This document shows, piece by piece, positions 11,800-24,504 of a DNA stretch of 64,000 bases. Source of the DNA: the human T2T-CHM13v2.0 reference genome, Homo sapiens; assembly GCF_009914755.1 (NCBI RefSeq), contig NC_060933.1, one strand, 5' to 3'. The notes under the pieces were generated by a model, which made no database searches, was not told the origin of the DNA, and saw only the letters and a program-made list of their open reading frames with translations. Positions within the stretch are counted from its first letter, which is position 1; the number at the start of each line of letters is the position of its first letter. A program made the position numbers and the translations under genes.

Positions 11800-13610
11800 A
11801 ATCCATGTTCAGATTATTTCAATTTTATAATATAATCTTCCCCAGCCCATCCTCCCACTAGAAGAATAAATAAATTATCTTTGAAGGAAGAAAACATCCA
11901 GAGCTTCAAATTACCTTCACAGTTCATCATTCAAAATGCCTGGCATTCAATCAAAAATATACAGGGCTCTAGCTTTCAGTTTAATAGTAACATATCAATG
12001 ATGGTGTCTTCATTTTGACAAATTTACCACAGTGATATGAGATAGTAGGAGAAACTGAAACTGGCTGAAAGACATAAGGGAAGTCTAGATTACTTTTGCA
12101 ACTTTTTGTAAATCTAAATTTATTCCAAAATAAGAAGTTTATTTAAAAAGAAAACCAGCCAAACAAGAATATAAGAATTTATTTGAAACCAATTGACTAA
12201 AAATGAAGAGAAAATAAATAACCAGAAACTGGAGTTATCAGATACAGACTTAAAAAAGCATATTGATGAATATGTTCAAGGAATTAAAGGAAGTAGAATT
12301 TTTTTTTAACTGGAAGGTATTTTAAACCTGGAAATTCTAGAACTGAAAAATACAACAACTGATACCAAAAGCTCATCAAATGGGTTTAACATCAAATTAG
12401 ACGGGAAAAAATATTGAAAATGAAGCACAAAGAGAAAAGAGAGTAGAAAATACAAGAAAGAATGCAAGATATGTGAGACGTGGTAGAAAAGTTTAATGCA
12501 TAAGTTATTGGAATCCCAGGAGGAAAGGATGAAAAAAGTTGGGTACAGGTAGTATTTAAAATAGTTGTGGTTGAAAATTTCTCAAAACTGAATAGATACT
12601 GGGTCATGTTCAAGAAGCACCATAAATACCAAGTCAAGAAAATAAAATTTTTAAAGAAAATCATAAAGTTTATGAAAAGTTTCTCTACTTTTCAGTCAAA
12701 GGGAAAATGCAAATTAAAACCATAATGAGATACCATTCGCCAAGATGCCTAATATTTTTGAAGTTGACAATGCAATTGTGGCCAAAATTGTGGAGCAGTG
12801 GCTACTCTCATATACAGCTATTGGGACTGCAAATTGAGAAAAATCACCTTGCAAGCCTACTTGATGATGTCTACCAATGCTGAATATAACAGCTCCTCCT
12901 TTAGGTATCTGCCCAATATAAATGCATCAAAAGATATGTTCAAGAATGCTCACAGCAGCATTATTCACCGTAGAATGAATAAATAAATTGTGGTACATGG
13001 TAATTGATGAATTGCATGAGCAAACTATTGAGGGAAAGTCTAGACACAAAAGAATACATGCAGTTGTTCCTCTGTATGTGTGGGGGATGGGTCCCAGGAC
13101 CCCATTTGGATACCAAAACACAAGGATGCTCAATTCCTTTAAATAACATGGTGTAGTATTTGCATGTAACCTACACACATTCTCTATATTCTTTAAATCA
13201 TCTCTATATTACAAGTACCTAACACATGTGAATCCTATGTAGACAGTTGTTATACCCTACTTTTTATTTGTATTATTTTATTGTTGTATTGTTATTTTTT
13301 ATTGTCTTTTTTTACCAATATTTTTGATCCACAATTGGGTAAATCTGAAGATGCAGAACCAACAATTATGGATGACCGACTATACTGTATTTGGTTTGGA
13401 ATTTAAAACATCAGTCACCTTTGAAGATGACAGAGGCAATAGTGATTGGTAGGGCTGTTGGTAATGCTCTGTTTCTTGATCTGAGTCCTGATTACATGGG
13501 TGTGTTCGCTCTGAGAAAATTCATCAAGCTATGCACTCAGGACTGGTGTATTTCAGTGTGTGTGCTGTGCCTCAATGACAAAATTGTTGTTGAAAGTTTT
13601 TTTAATTGAA
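11800..13610 (+). mobile_element. Degenerate old L1 (L1ME/MC-type) fragments
   Basis: ORF1-like A-rich sequence (GAAATTCTAGAACTGAAAAATACAA), GCAAATTAAAACCATAATGAGATACCA and a 3' UTR-like end. Confidence 0.65.
13061..13382 (+). mobile_element. MER2 (TcMar-Tigger)
   Basis: CAGTTGTTCCTCTGTATGTGTGGGGGATGGGTCCCAGGACCCC ... GTAGTATTTGCATGTAACCTAC, resembling MER2. Confidence 0.9.
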
Positions 13611-15210
13611 AATGGTATTAGCATTCAGGTACAACCACACAAACACAAAGTTCAACTGGAGCACCAAAGCAGAGTTTTCATGGCACAAATGAAATCAGCT
13701 CCTCAATAGACAAAGTCACTCTCAAAGAAGGCAAATATATTTGAATCTGGAAGCTTTGGGAACCGACAATGGCCAAGCACCTCTGCTCTGGGTACAATGC
13801 TGGAGGCTTTTTACATATTTTGATAGATGATCATAGATTCTCAAAGTGAGAAGAGCTAACTGATCACTAGTACCATCATCTAATAATACACAAATACTTT
13901 ATATTTTTCAAATTTAATTTTAATTTTTTTATCTAAGGAATATATGTACGTGGCTTAGAAGGCCAAATATAACCTCCCTCACCTTCCAAAAAAGAAAGAA
14001 ATCCAGCATTCCTGCCTCATGCTTTCTATTCTCAATTTTAGCTTCCCAGAGGCAATCACATCCAACCACTTTTAGTGTTTCTTGTGTTATTTATGTCCAT
14101 ATTTTAAACAGCCGGCTGGAATCCTGCTATTCCTTGATTCTGGTCAGTTGTAAGGATTCATTGTTTTCATGCTATGGAAGGCAAGGAGTTAGCTCTCCCC
14201 ACCTTCCTACAATATGACCCATTCTCTTCCCAATATAATTCTGTTACTTTTATTTTAAATAAATAGACTTTCATCGCTTGTGTTTTTCTAGCAGTGTAAA
14301 TATTATTGGCATTGAGTCACATCACCTACAGTACTAAGAGTACATTCTCTTCTTGTAGGAGATTTTGTTTTTTTAGGGTTAACTTTTTAAAGAATTGTTT
14401 TAGATATCTTAAGAAGCCACCCCAAACTCTTACAAAGATATACTAACACATTGTCAGTTTTATCTCAATGTCTGGCTGCTTTTCATATTAATTTTCAACC
14501 AAGACTCCCATCCCTCCCCTGACTCCTACATTTTAGACATTCTTGGTCCTCTAATTCCTGAGGTTTTCCTGAGGTTCTGCAACTATAGAAGGAAGAATCT
14601 TGCCAGATCCTTGGCATGGAACCTGCACAATACAGCTGGCTATGACTGCAGATGAGCCCAGACGTCAGCCCGGATGATGGTTGAGGTGAAGTTAAGTGGT
14701 CTTTGATGCTCCCTGCCCTCTCATTTCTATGATTTTTCATGGGCTCAATGTCTTTCTTTTCACTCATCCTCTCTAGCTGCCTTTCCCACTCCCTGCAGTT
14801 CTGGGGGATTCTGTCTTAAAGATGTGTGTGTGGGCAGGTGCCAATGCAGTGACCCAATAAATTTTTTCTCTTCGCTGAGTCACTCAGAGTCAGTTTTCTT
14901 TTTAAAATTCGTCTTCCTGTAATAACCCTTTCCTGAGACAATCCTTGTTGACCGGTACAACTGATGCCCACCTGCTGTGAGAACAGGCCAGGATAGAAGA
15001 AACTCCAAGGCTGGAGGAAGGCATTTTAAGTCACCTGACATTAAACCAGGCTGACTTCCCTTTCCTCTGGACTTGCTCCATCTCAGCTTGGTGTTCATCT
15101 TAATCATTATTTCTCTAATTGTTTCTCACTTTCCGCAAATTCATATACAGAGGTGGATTATGAGTTCCCTCTCATATTCCATGCATGACTAAGCTGAAGA
15201 AATAGAGCCC

Positions 15211-15613
15211 CTGGGAAACATCCAGACCGGCTTTCTACTTTTCTGTAGAGACAAATATGGCGTAGCACAGTAGAACAGCAAGGGCCGTACAAGAGCCCTT
15301 TTGTATGTTGTTATGCTTACATACCAGCACAGCCCACACTTATCAATAATAATGATTAATAATGATGATTAAACTAGTTTATTGTTGGGTCCTTAAAAGA
15401 TCTCAGTTTAGATAGGATGCCTGTGTTAACTGTCTACATACACTTTGAAACAGGTCCATTTTTAATGTTCAGTGTGAATAGAGAGGTATGTAAGTGTGTG
15501 TTTTGTATATATGTGTGTTGTGTGTATGTATTGTGTATGTGTGTGTGTTGTATGTGGCTTTTCTTAGTCTCTCTGCACTCCATCATAGGTGTGAGGGCTG
15601 GCTTGGGTGTGAG
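15211..15613. other. Chimeric local templated duplication (7446-7523 forward + ~8998-9255 inverted + 7544-7593 forward)
   Basis: Manual alignments: 69/78 identity, about 94% over ~250 bp, and 47/50. Confidence 0.93.
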
Positions 15614-16199
15614 AATTGGGAAAAAAACTATTATTTGCCGGTGTCACCATGGAACAGCAATCACCACTTCACCAGTCTATGGAGGGCCCCCATCATGGGG
15701 CAAGATAGTGTAGACCCTGGGCAAGGAGCTCCACTGTGACCCTCTTATCCTCTGATTTGGAATTTTCAAGTGATTTTTTTTTCACCTGATTTATCTCTTC
15801 CCTACCCCTTTTAATTTCCAGTAGGCTTGAAAATCCATAAAACCTCCATTTTTCCCTTTGTAACCTCCAGATGCTTGTGTTTCACTCTCAGGCAGTGTTT
15901 TTAGCCTGAGGCAAACTGCTTAAATTCTGAAACTCTAGTTTCCATTTTAATCCACTTTTAAGGCAATACATCTAATTACATACCAAGTCTAACACTTTTT
16001 TGAACAAAAACCTCTATCTCCACCCTCCTGCCCTGCTTCTTCCATTATAACCTTGGCAGTGCTTTATCCCTTAGAGACTGCAAGGGGACACAGGTTGGGT
16101 AATCTTGACAGTTTTCATCATTTCCCAGATACTGTTTAAATATGATGCTTGTGTGAATTTACTGGTAACTCACTTATATTTAAATTATTGTCATATATT

Positions 16200-17260
16200 T
16201 TTGTATCTTTTTGTTCATACTTTAGATCATTTTGTAAAATGTAACAGAAGTAGAGAATCATATAATAAATAACATGTGATGGTTAATTTGAATGTGTCAA
16301 CTTGACTGGGCTAAGAGATGCCCAGATAACTGGTAAAATATTATTTGTAATTTCATCTGTGTGGATGTTTCCAGAGAGATTAGAATTTGAATAGGTAGAC
16401 TGAGCAAAGAAGATCCACCCTCACAGTGTGAGCAGGTGTCATTCAAATCACTGAGAGTCTGAGTGGAAGAAAAGGAGTAGCATAGAAAGGGTATATTTGC
16501 TCTCTGTGTTTAAGCTGGGATCCATCTTCTCCTGCCCTCTCAGACTGGTGTTCTCAGTTCTTGAGCCTTTGGACTCGGACTAAATTACACCACCAGCTTT
16601 CCTGGGACTCCAGCTTACAGACCATTGATCATGTGACTCCTCAGTCTTCATATGCCTGTGTTGGCTCACATGATATGTAATTCTATTGCTTCTATCTCTC
16701 TGGAGAACCCTGATGAATACCCCCCATGTACTCATTCAACAATTAACTCACAGCATCTATACCCTCATTTCATCTATTCCCTCTCTCACTCACTCATCCC
16801 AGTATTATTTTGAAGCAAATCTAGACATCATAATTTTCACTCTAAATTGTTGCTCTAATACATAAATATTTGCCTCTTTATTTAAATTTTATAATACTAT
16901 TATCATACCTGTAAAAATGAGTCATTTCTTACTATTATCAAATGTCTTCAGTGTTCAATTTTCCCTAATCATCTCCTAAATGCTTTCTGCTTTACAGTTT
17001 GTTGTTTGAATCAGGATCATAATAAGGACAATACATTGCAATGAGTTGGCAATGCCTCTTCAGGTCTCTTCTAACCTATAATGTATTCCTCCATCTCTTT
17101 TTGCCACCTTTGCAATTTATCCCGTAACAAAACCAGATCATTCATCCTGTCGAGTTTCCCAGTCTGGATTTTGTTGATTGCACCCATTTTGTTATTTAAC
17201 CTATTTATCTGTCCCTGTGTTTCCTGTAAACTGGTGGGTAAATCCAGAGGCTTTTGCAAT
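16200..17260 (-). mobile_element. Old L1 3' UTR remnant, interrupted by MLT2
   Basis: T-rich; TTATTTTGAAGCAAATCTAGACATCATA, TTTGAATCAGGATC. Confidence 0.6.
16275..16720 (+). mobile_element. MLT2 (ERVL) solo LTR
   Basis: TGTGATGGTTAATTT..TGTGTCAACTTGACTGGGCTAAG ... CTCTGGAGAACCCTGA. Confidence 0.92.
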
Positions 17261-18218
17261 TTAGCTTTGCATCCTGATGTGGACTATGTAATAATATCTC
17301 TTTATGCAATGTTCCCGTTAGCACTTTCATTTCCAGGAATCACAGCATGATGTGAATGCATATTTTGGAAGGAATATATATTTTTTCTCTCCTTTCCTAC
17401 TTAACTGACATTCACATATTCTCTGGGACTTGCTTTCCCTGTACTTTTTGGACTAAAATTGTGGGTGCTTTTTCCTCCCGAAGGACATTAAGGAGATTAA
17501 TTTATGAGCTCATTTTGGTGAAATCAGAATTCTTAAATCCCAGCCCCCCTCCCCCACCACATTCAAGTAGATACTATCGCAGCAATGGGCTCCATCTGAC
17601 TTCCAGTGGCCACAATAAGTGCATGGAGATTGTGGCTCTTCAGAACACATTCTCGGGAAAAAAGTAACGAGCTATGCTTTTGCTGAAAGCTAATATGATC
17701 CATTTATCCTCCCATTTCCCACAAACATTTATCTAATTTAGTCCATGTGGATGTAGTTTGGCTAAAATAATTAGGGAGTTTCAATGTGACTGGCTCACGA
17801 CTCTTTGTGGACAGAGCTCTATGTATCCCCCATGGCACCTGGCAAAGGGGAGTACACCCTGCCCTGGTCTCAGGGAACTTACAGTCTTGTATATAAGCAA
17901 ACGCCCAACTGACTACAGTGCAAAATGTGCCAGAATAAAGATTATATAGGAAGATGGACAAAACCCACTGAGGCTTTGAACAAGATGATATAGATCATAT
18001 AGGAAGATGAACAAAGCTAAGAACAAGAGTTCTCAGCAAGGAAAGATAACAGCCGGGGACAAAATCTTCACAGAGAAGGTGTGTTTTGGAAACAGACTTC
18101 CAGGACAGAAAAAATTTTGACAAAATTTCAGGACTGCATTCAGGACAGAGGATCTAGCACAGACCAAGGCAGAGACAGGAAACATTTTGCTGGGTTAGGA
18201 TGTCCTGGAAGTATCTAG

Positions 18219-18397
18219 CAGTGGTTCTCCATTTTGGTTGCCATTAGAGTGACTTAGGAGCTTTGAAAAATACAGAGGCCCAGGCCCACCCCAGACCAAT
18301 CAATTCACAGTCTCCGAGGAAGAGGTCTATGTATTTGTGACATTTGAAAAAATTCCCAGAAGCGATTTTACCAGGCAGCCAGGGTTAAGAACCACAG
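18219..18397. mobile_element. MER5A-type hAT-Charlie MITE
   Basis: TIRs CAGTGGTTCTC / AAGAACCACAG; CCCAGGCCCACCCCAGACC core. Confidence 0.88.
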
Positions 18398-19179
18398 GCA
18401 AACAGTGAAGCTTAGCAGAGGGTTAGGACTAGGGAGGTGAACAGTTAGGGTGCCCCGAGCTGGGCCCCTCTCACCTGTTTCTGGCTATGGAGAAAGTCAC
18501 CACAGAGTAGCAGAGCTGCCAGAAACTCTTAGATCTTACCTGGGTCTATCCTCTTTTGATTGTATGTGCTTATGATGCAACTAATACCAGAATGGCGTCT
18601 TGTGGTGAATGAGCTAAACATTACAAATAAACACAGAATAAACACCAGAAAGGCCTTCACCACCGTTCTCTAAGATTCCCACTGGAGAGGTGACTGTTGA
18701 AAATCATCCAGTCCTTCTCTTTCCTAACCTCTCTTTAGATATTTACATTCTTGTGTGTGGGTAAAATTTTTAGTTCACATATTAGAGCGAGAGAAATACC
18801 ACACATTTATTTTCTCTCCCTAAACAAATGTAATCTATTCTAAATTCTACTTTACTGGACTGGCGGGGAACTCATTCCAATAGACACTGGGGTTCCCTCT
18901 TACACTTTGGCACCACCAGCACTGACTTTAGAGCTTATGCCTTCCAGAGAATTCTAGAAGGGCTCTCTATTTTTATTTCATGCTGGTCTGCCTGTAGCCT
19001 CATGGCTTAAGTCTGTCTCTCTCTTGAAGACAGGCAACTCCCTGAAGATTCTGGGGCACACGTAGGCATAAAGATGTACTACAATTGCTCAATGCCACTG
19101 CTCTTGGGATGCAGTCCCAGTCCCACCCTGAGAATCATGGTTCAGCTCCCATCTGGGTGCTGCATAAAAGTGGAATCCA

Positions 19180-19480
19180 GGCCGGGTGCGATGGCTCACG
19201 ACTGCAATCCCAGCGCTTTGGGAGGCCAAGGCAGGCAGATCACAAGGTCAGGAGATCAAGACCATCCTGGCTAACACGGTGAATCCCTGTCTTTACTAAA
19301 AATACAAAAAAATTAGCCGGGCACGGTGGTGGGCGCCTGTAGTCCCAGCTACTTGGGAGGCTGAGGCAGGAGAATGGCGTGAACCCAGGAGGCAGAACTT
19401 GCAATAAGCCAAGATAGTGCCACTGCAGTCTGGCCTGGGGGAAAGAGTGAGACTCTGTCTCAAAAAAAAAAAAAAAAAAA
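19180..19480 (+). mobile_element. AluY/Sc-type
   Basis: Full dimer; TSD AAAAGTGGAATCCA at 19166-19179 and 19477-19490. Confidence 0.96.
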
Positions 19481-19611
19481 GTGGAATCCAGGTCTTCATT
19501 AACACCCCTAAGGAAAGGGGCATATCTGTTTTTTAAGACCAGCTAAATGTCACCTCTTTCTTCAAGTTTCAGCTTTTTTTTTTTCTTACTAAACCTAAAA
19601 TATGTTCCTGT

Positions 19612-19915
19612 GTCCAGGTGCAGTGACTCACACCTGTAATCCCAGCACTTTGGGAGGCCAAGGTGGGAGGATCACCTGAGATAGGGAGTTTGAGACCAGC
19701 CTGACCCACATGGAGGAAACCCTATCCCTACTAAAAATACAAAATTAGCTGCGCATGGTGGCGCATGCCTATAATCCCAGCTACTCGGGAGGCTGAGGCA
19801 AGAAAATCACTTGAACCCAGAGGCAGAGGTTGCGATGAGCCGAAATCACGCCATTGCACTCCGGCCTGGGCAACAAGAGCAAAACTCCATCTCAAAAAAA
19901 AAAAAAAAAAGAAAA
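19612..19915 (+). mobile_element. AluSp-like
   Basis: CCTGACCCACATGGAG and GGGCAACAAGAGCAAAAC; TSD core TATGTTCCTGT. Confidence 0.93.
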
Positions 19916-20636
19916 ATTATGTTCCTGTATCCCTACTCCCTTTTGGGTCATTCCGGGATAGTCCCCCATGAGTCTAGGCTTTTACACTAGTAGCCTTGAG
20001 GGTGTCATCTTTTGGGCTAGCCTCCCAAAAATGAGCCTCCCTTGGTTCCCATGTAGCATGGGTGCTGAGTTGGGAGACAGAGATTTTGCCATCAGATCAG
20101 CTGTGGCCTGGCAAAGTGGCTACCAGCAGAAGCTAGAAGCAGGCCAGGAGTCCAGGTGGAGGGTATGGCAAAGACACACAGGGAGGGTCAATGGGAGCCT
20201 AAGTGAGCTATAGCTAGTCCTTGACTCTACCTCACTATGAACAAGTCAATAAACAGCAAACAAATCATAATATACAGACTCTGGCATCAGACTGGCAAAC
20301 AGATGGCCAGGACAGAGAAGCCCCAGGGTAAGAAGACATTACAGGGACATCCCATACAGAGGTGGGGCTTCCTCCCCTTGAACCCCACACTATTAAGACC
20401 CAATAAGCTTCTTTATACATCCATAGTCATTTTGTAGAGAAGCCAGGAAAGTAAGTGGAACTCTGGGACACTAGCATCAGCATTTTTACCTAAAGCCATT
20501 GAGCAAAATTGCAATGGACTGTTTAAAATTTGCATCAGCCTAGACTGTAGTTACTTGACTGGAGTAAATTTTATGATGTAGTTTTTTTCCTGCTGCTCAA
20601 TGACTGAGACTTGGAAGAAGACCACATTACTTTCTA

Positions 20637-21036
<400 letters not shown>

Positions 21037-21179
21037 TTAATATTCTTTTAATATATTTTTAATTATTTGTATTTCCTTTCCTACCAATTTTCTGTTCATA
21101 CATGTGTCTATTGGTGTGTATCTTATTTTCTTTATTTGTAGGACCTCTTTATAAATATTGAATGTAGCACTAATTTTAC

Positions 21180-21870
21180 ATAAGGATGAGACCTGGTGAG
21201 GGAAGATAAGTGACTTTTCCAAGGTGAGAGTACTGAATAGAGAGTCGTAGCTACGGAAACCAGTCCACTTGTGCTCCTGAATCACAACCTAGGCTATCTC
21301 TCACTGTTCAACTCATCTATTTTGAGTATAAAATTAGGAAATATGCTTATATAAATATTAGAGATTGTAATCATTTATTTTTATAACACTATATTTCTCA
21401 GCAAATATTTACTGAGTTTCTAATATGTTCAAAGGACTGGGATAGAGAATAAAGATAAAACAGTGAGAAAAACAGATATGATCCCCCATGAAGCTTATAG
21501 ACTAGAAGGAAAAAAGCATTACTCAGACCACTACACCCATCCACGTAAAGACATATGGTAATGAGGGTGCTGCCCTTGTCTCAGGTTCAAGGAAGGCTTC
21601 TGTGAGAAGTAGCATTTGAGTTGAGATCTGAAGTATGAACAGGCATTACTTAGGTGAGAAGGGATGAGGAAGAGCATTCTTAGCCAAAGAAACTGCTTAT
21701 GCAAAGGCCTTGTGCAGAAAGGAGAATTACTCACTCAAGGAACAGAACAAAGCCCAGCACGGTAGAAAGTTAGAGTTCGGAGGCAGGTGGTTAGGGGATG
21801 GAGAGTGATCCAAGACAATGCTGAAGACAGGAATGTAGGGGTTACATCTTACAGGGCCTTGTGTATTCCA
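21180..21870 (-). mobile_element. MIR fragment followed by L2 3' region
   Basis: AAGTGACTTTTCCAAGGT; CAGCAAATATTTACTGAG; GGAAGGCTTC...TTTGAGTTGAGATCTGAAG. Confidence 0.7.
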
Positions 21871-22607
21871 AAAGCACTTGCCATTATTTGTAGTGCAGCT
21901 GAATACCTGGGCAAGTCTTCCCAGACATAGAAGGTCTCTTGTCTCCCCACTTTTCAATCCCTTACCCCATTCTACTCTCTCTTAGTTTTCATGGGGAGAA
22001 GCACTGTCAAGAAAGGCTTTTGTAAATGGAATCCCTGACTCCTCCTTTCTAGAACCTGGAAATCCTAATGCATCCCACTCATCTACTGATCCCTTCAGCC
22101 ATCAGGACTGAAAATACATTTTGTCAGTCTACACCAGCATCATTGGTCTGCAACAATATTGTGAAATTCTTGAGTCTAGCTTGGAGAACACCTACAATCC
22201 CATCCTGGGCTAATTCATTTCCTTCTCCCCCACTTCTTTCACTGCTACTCAGGAAAAGAATTCTGTTTTCCTTAAGAACTAACTCTCAGGACAGGACCTG
22301 AAAATCTTTCTCAGTAAAGACTAGATATTAATATGATGTGAAACTCCTGTAGAAAGGTACAGACTGCAATACCCCACCCGCAAAGAATGGCATGATGGCT
22401 TCTGTAATCAACCTGGATTAGTCTATTTTCAGGAGAAAACAGAAGAACTTCACTTATGCCCCTGGAGTAGAGAGAGAGAGTGTGTGTGTGTGTAAAAGAG
22501 AAAGAGGGAGAATGGGCAGGGAAAGAGAGAGAGATGGGTGGGGGAGGAAGCTATTACCTGATTGATTTTGAGTTATAATCATTAGGTTACATTAATCATG
22601 CTATAAG

Positions 22608-22978
22608 GCTGTTGTTAGTCACCAGTATCCACTTTCAGACACATGGGAAGATGTCCTTTCTCGCTCTCTTTGATGTCAGGTATGGCAGTGCAAGTCGCTC
22701 TGGCCAATAGAATGTGCATGGAAACAACATATGGTAGTTAATTGTGGTTAACTTCCTAGACTATTCTTTCCTTGTTGCTACAGTCTTGGATGCATGTGTT
22801 AACATGGAAATGCCATAAGAGTGAAGTAGCCTGGATTGCTCAGAGGTCAATCATGGAGGACAACTGTTTGCCCATATTCATGGAGGGCTATAGCAGAGAG
22901 AGAAAACTTCAGGTGAGCTACAGAGACTTTGGGGTTGTCTACTACTGCAGCATTGCCAAGCCTATCTGACTAATATAT
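22608..22978 (+). mobile_element. MLT1J-like MaLR LTR
   Basis: TCTGGCCAATAGAATGTG ... TTTGGGGTTGTCTACTACTGCAGCA ... CTGACTAATATA. Confidence 0.7.
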
Positions 22979-23399
22979 ATGCTTATTTAGGAACTTAGAA
23001 ACATCAACGTGCACACATAAATTTTGTGTGTGTATGTGTTGCGGGGTGTATGTTTGTTGGGTATGTGTTTGAAACAGAGAGAGAGAAAGAGAAAGACAGG
23101 ATTGATTTATAGTGAGAGCTTGATTTTAGAATAAGATACAAGTTCCTTAACTGCTTGATTTTAGCCAGTTTGGGACTTTTAGTTGTAAATTACGCAAATG
23201 GATATATAAGCATATATAAACAAATACATGGCTTACTTAAGTGTTTATGCACAATATGAAACATATTCTTATGTTTTTGTTTTGCACTGGCATACAAATG
23301 TACTATGGTCACTCAGAGTTGTCTTCTACAATCCACAAATAATATTTGAAAACTTGAGCTAACTAGTCAATTAAAAGCTCTAGGCAAACTTCATCTGTA

Positions 23400-24290
23400 A
23401 GATGCATTCCAGATTACCGTCTGAATCATGGACAATGTACACTGTACATTCATACCAACAGCATAAGAAAAAGCCAGAGCTAGGTTTAGTTTTATATTTC
23501 CTGAGTTTTCTTGATTGCCGTCTGATCCTTGATGTTATTCCAACATAGAGTGATTTTTAAAGGAGAATTTAATTTGATATAAGTCTGAATATCCTTTGGA
23601 ATGCTAAAAACCAGCATTACTCCAGCAACCCTAATGAAAAACACAAGTTCCGTGTACCAATTTGTGGTCAGAGCCAGCATTCCAGCCCTGCTCTCTCGTG
23701 GCTGCTAGTACTCCATCGTGTTCCTTTTCCCAGCCCTTTGCTTTTCTAGCTAAAGATGTCAGAGGCTGTGGCCCACATGGTATGCTAAACAGCCCACTGC
23801 TTACAGAAGACTCTTACAGCTCAAGTGCAAACACTTTGAACTTATAAAACACACCACCATCACTACCACCAGCACCACTAAATGGAAGTCTCTGAGGATT
23901 TCCTATTAACATCCCGACAGATAGATGTGCACTTATTTTAAAACAACCTACATGTGCACACAGATGCATTTCCATATAGATTCAAGACGAAAAGCACAGC
24001 ACCTTCCAGAAGAAAACTCATACAATTAGGCTGAGGCTGATTCACTCTCATGTTTTATCACCGGTGTGGAATGCCAGTAACAAGAGCAATCATTTGTTTG
24101 TGAATTCACGGAAGACTGGACTTTCACACTGGAAAGGGACTTCCCAATGAATAGCAATGGGGAGACTTGCTGTGTATTAGCATATTTTATCTGCCCTTGT
24201 TTTGAAATTAAACAGAGTTGTGGTTGAAAGGGGAAGGCACAGATTGCCACTGGGCTGGCTTTTTAGAAAAGTGGCATTTGGAATGAGGTT
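23400..24290. promoter_or_regulatory. Candidate TEAD/RUNX/NF-kB enhancer
   Basis: Five CATTCC/GGAATG, two TGTGGT and GGGACTTCCC in non-repeat DNA; motif evidence only. Confidence 0.35.
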
Positions 24291-24504
24291 TAGCTAAGTG
24301 GGCAAATTCTAAAGTTAACTCTTAGGATTCTTGGGCTTGCAGAAGACATTTTGCCTCCTCGTGTGATAACAGAATCTTCTAGTCACTACTATTCTTTCCA
24401 GAAGGCTACTCGTTCTTGGATACAATGCCTCTCTGTTTTGACTGGAGATACTTAAATATAAATCAGGAGAATTCTAAGCTGTAGTAAAGGCTAATCTGCA
24501 AAGC

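Noticed and set aside
8905-15713. Similar peptides in ORFs 8905-9105 (-) and 15417-15713 (+) (FLMxSVNRxVCxCVFCIYVCCVYVL), suggesting a small Cys-rich gene family
   Set aside because: The similarity comes from the inverted DNA duplication and TG-repeat translation. Frames are not preserved across indels and there are no gene signals.
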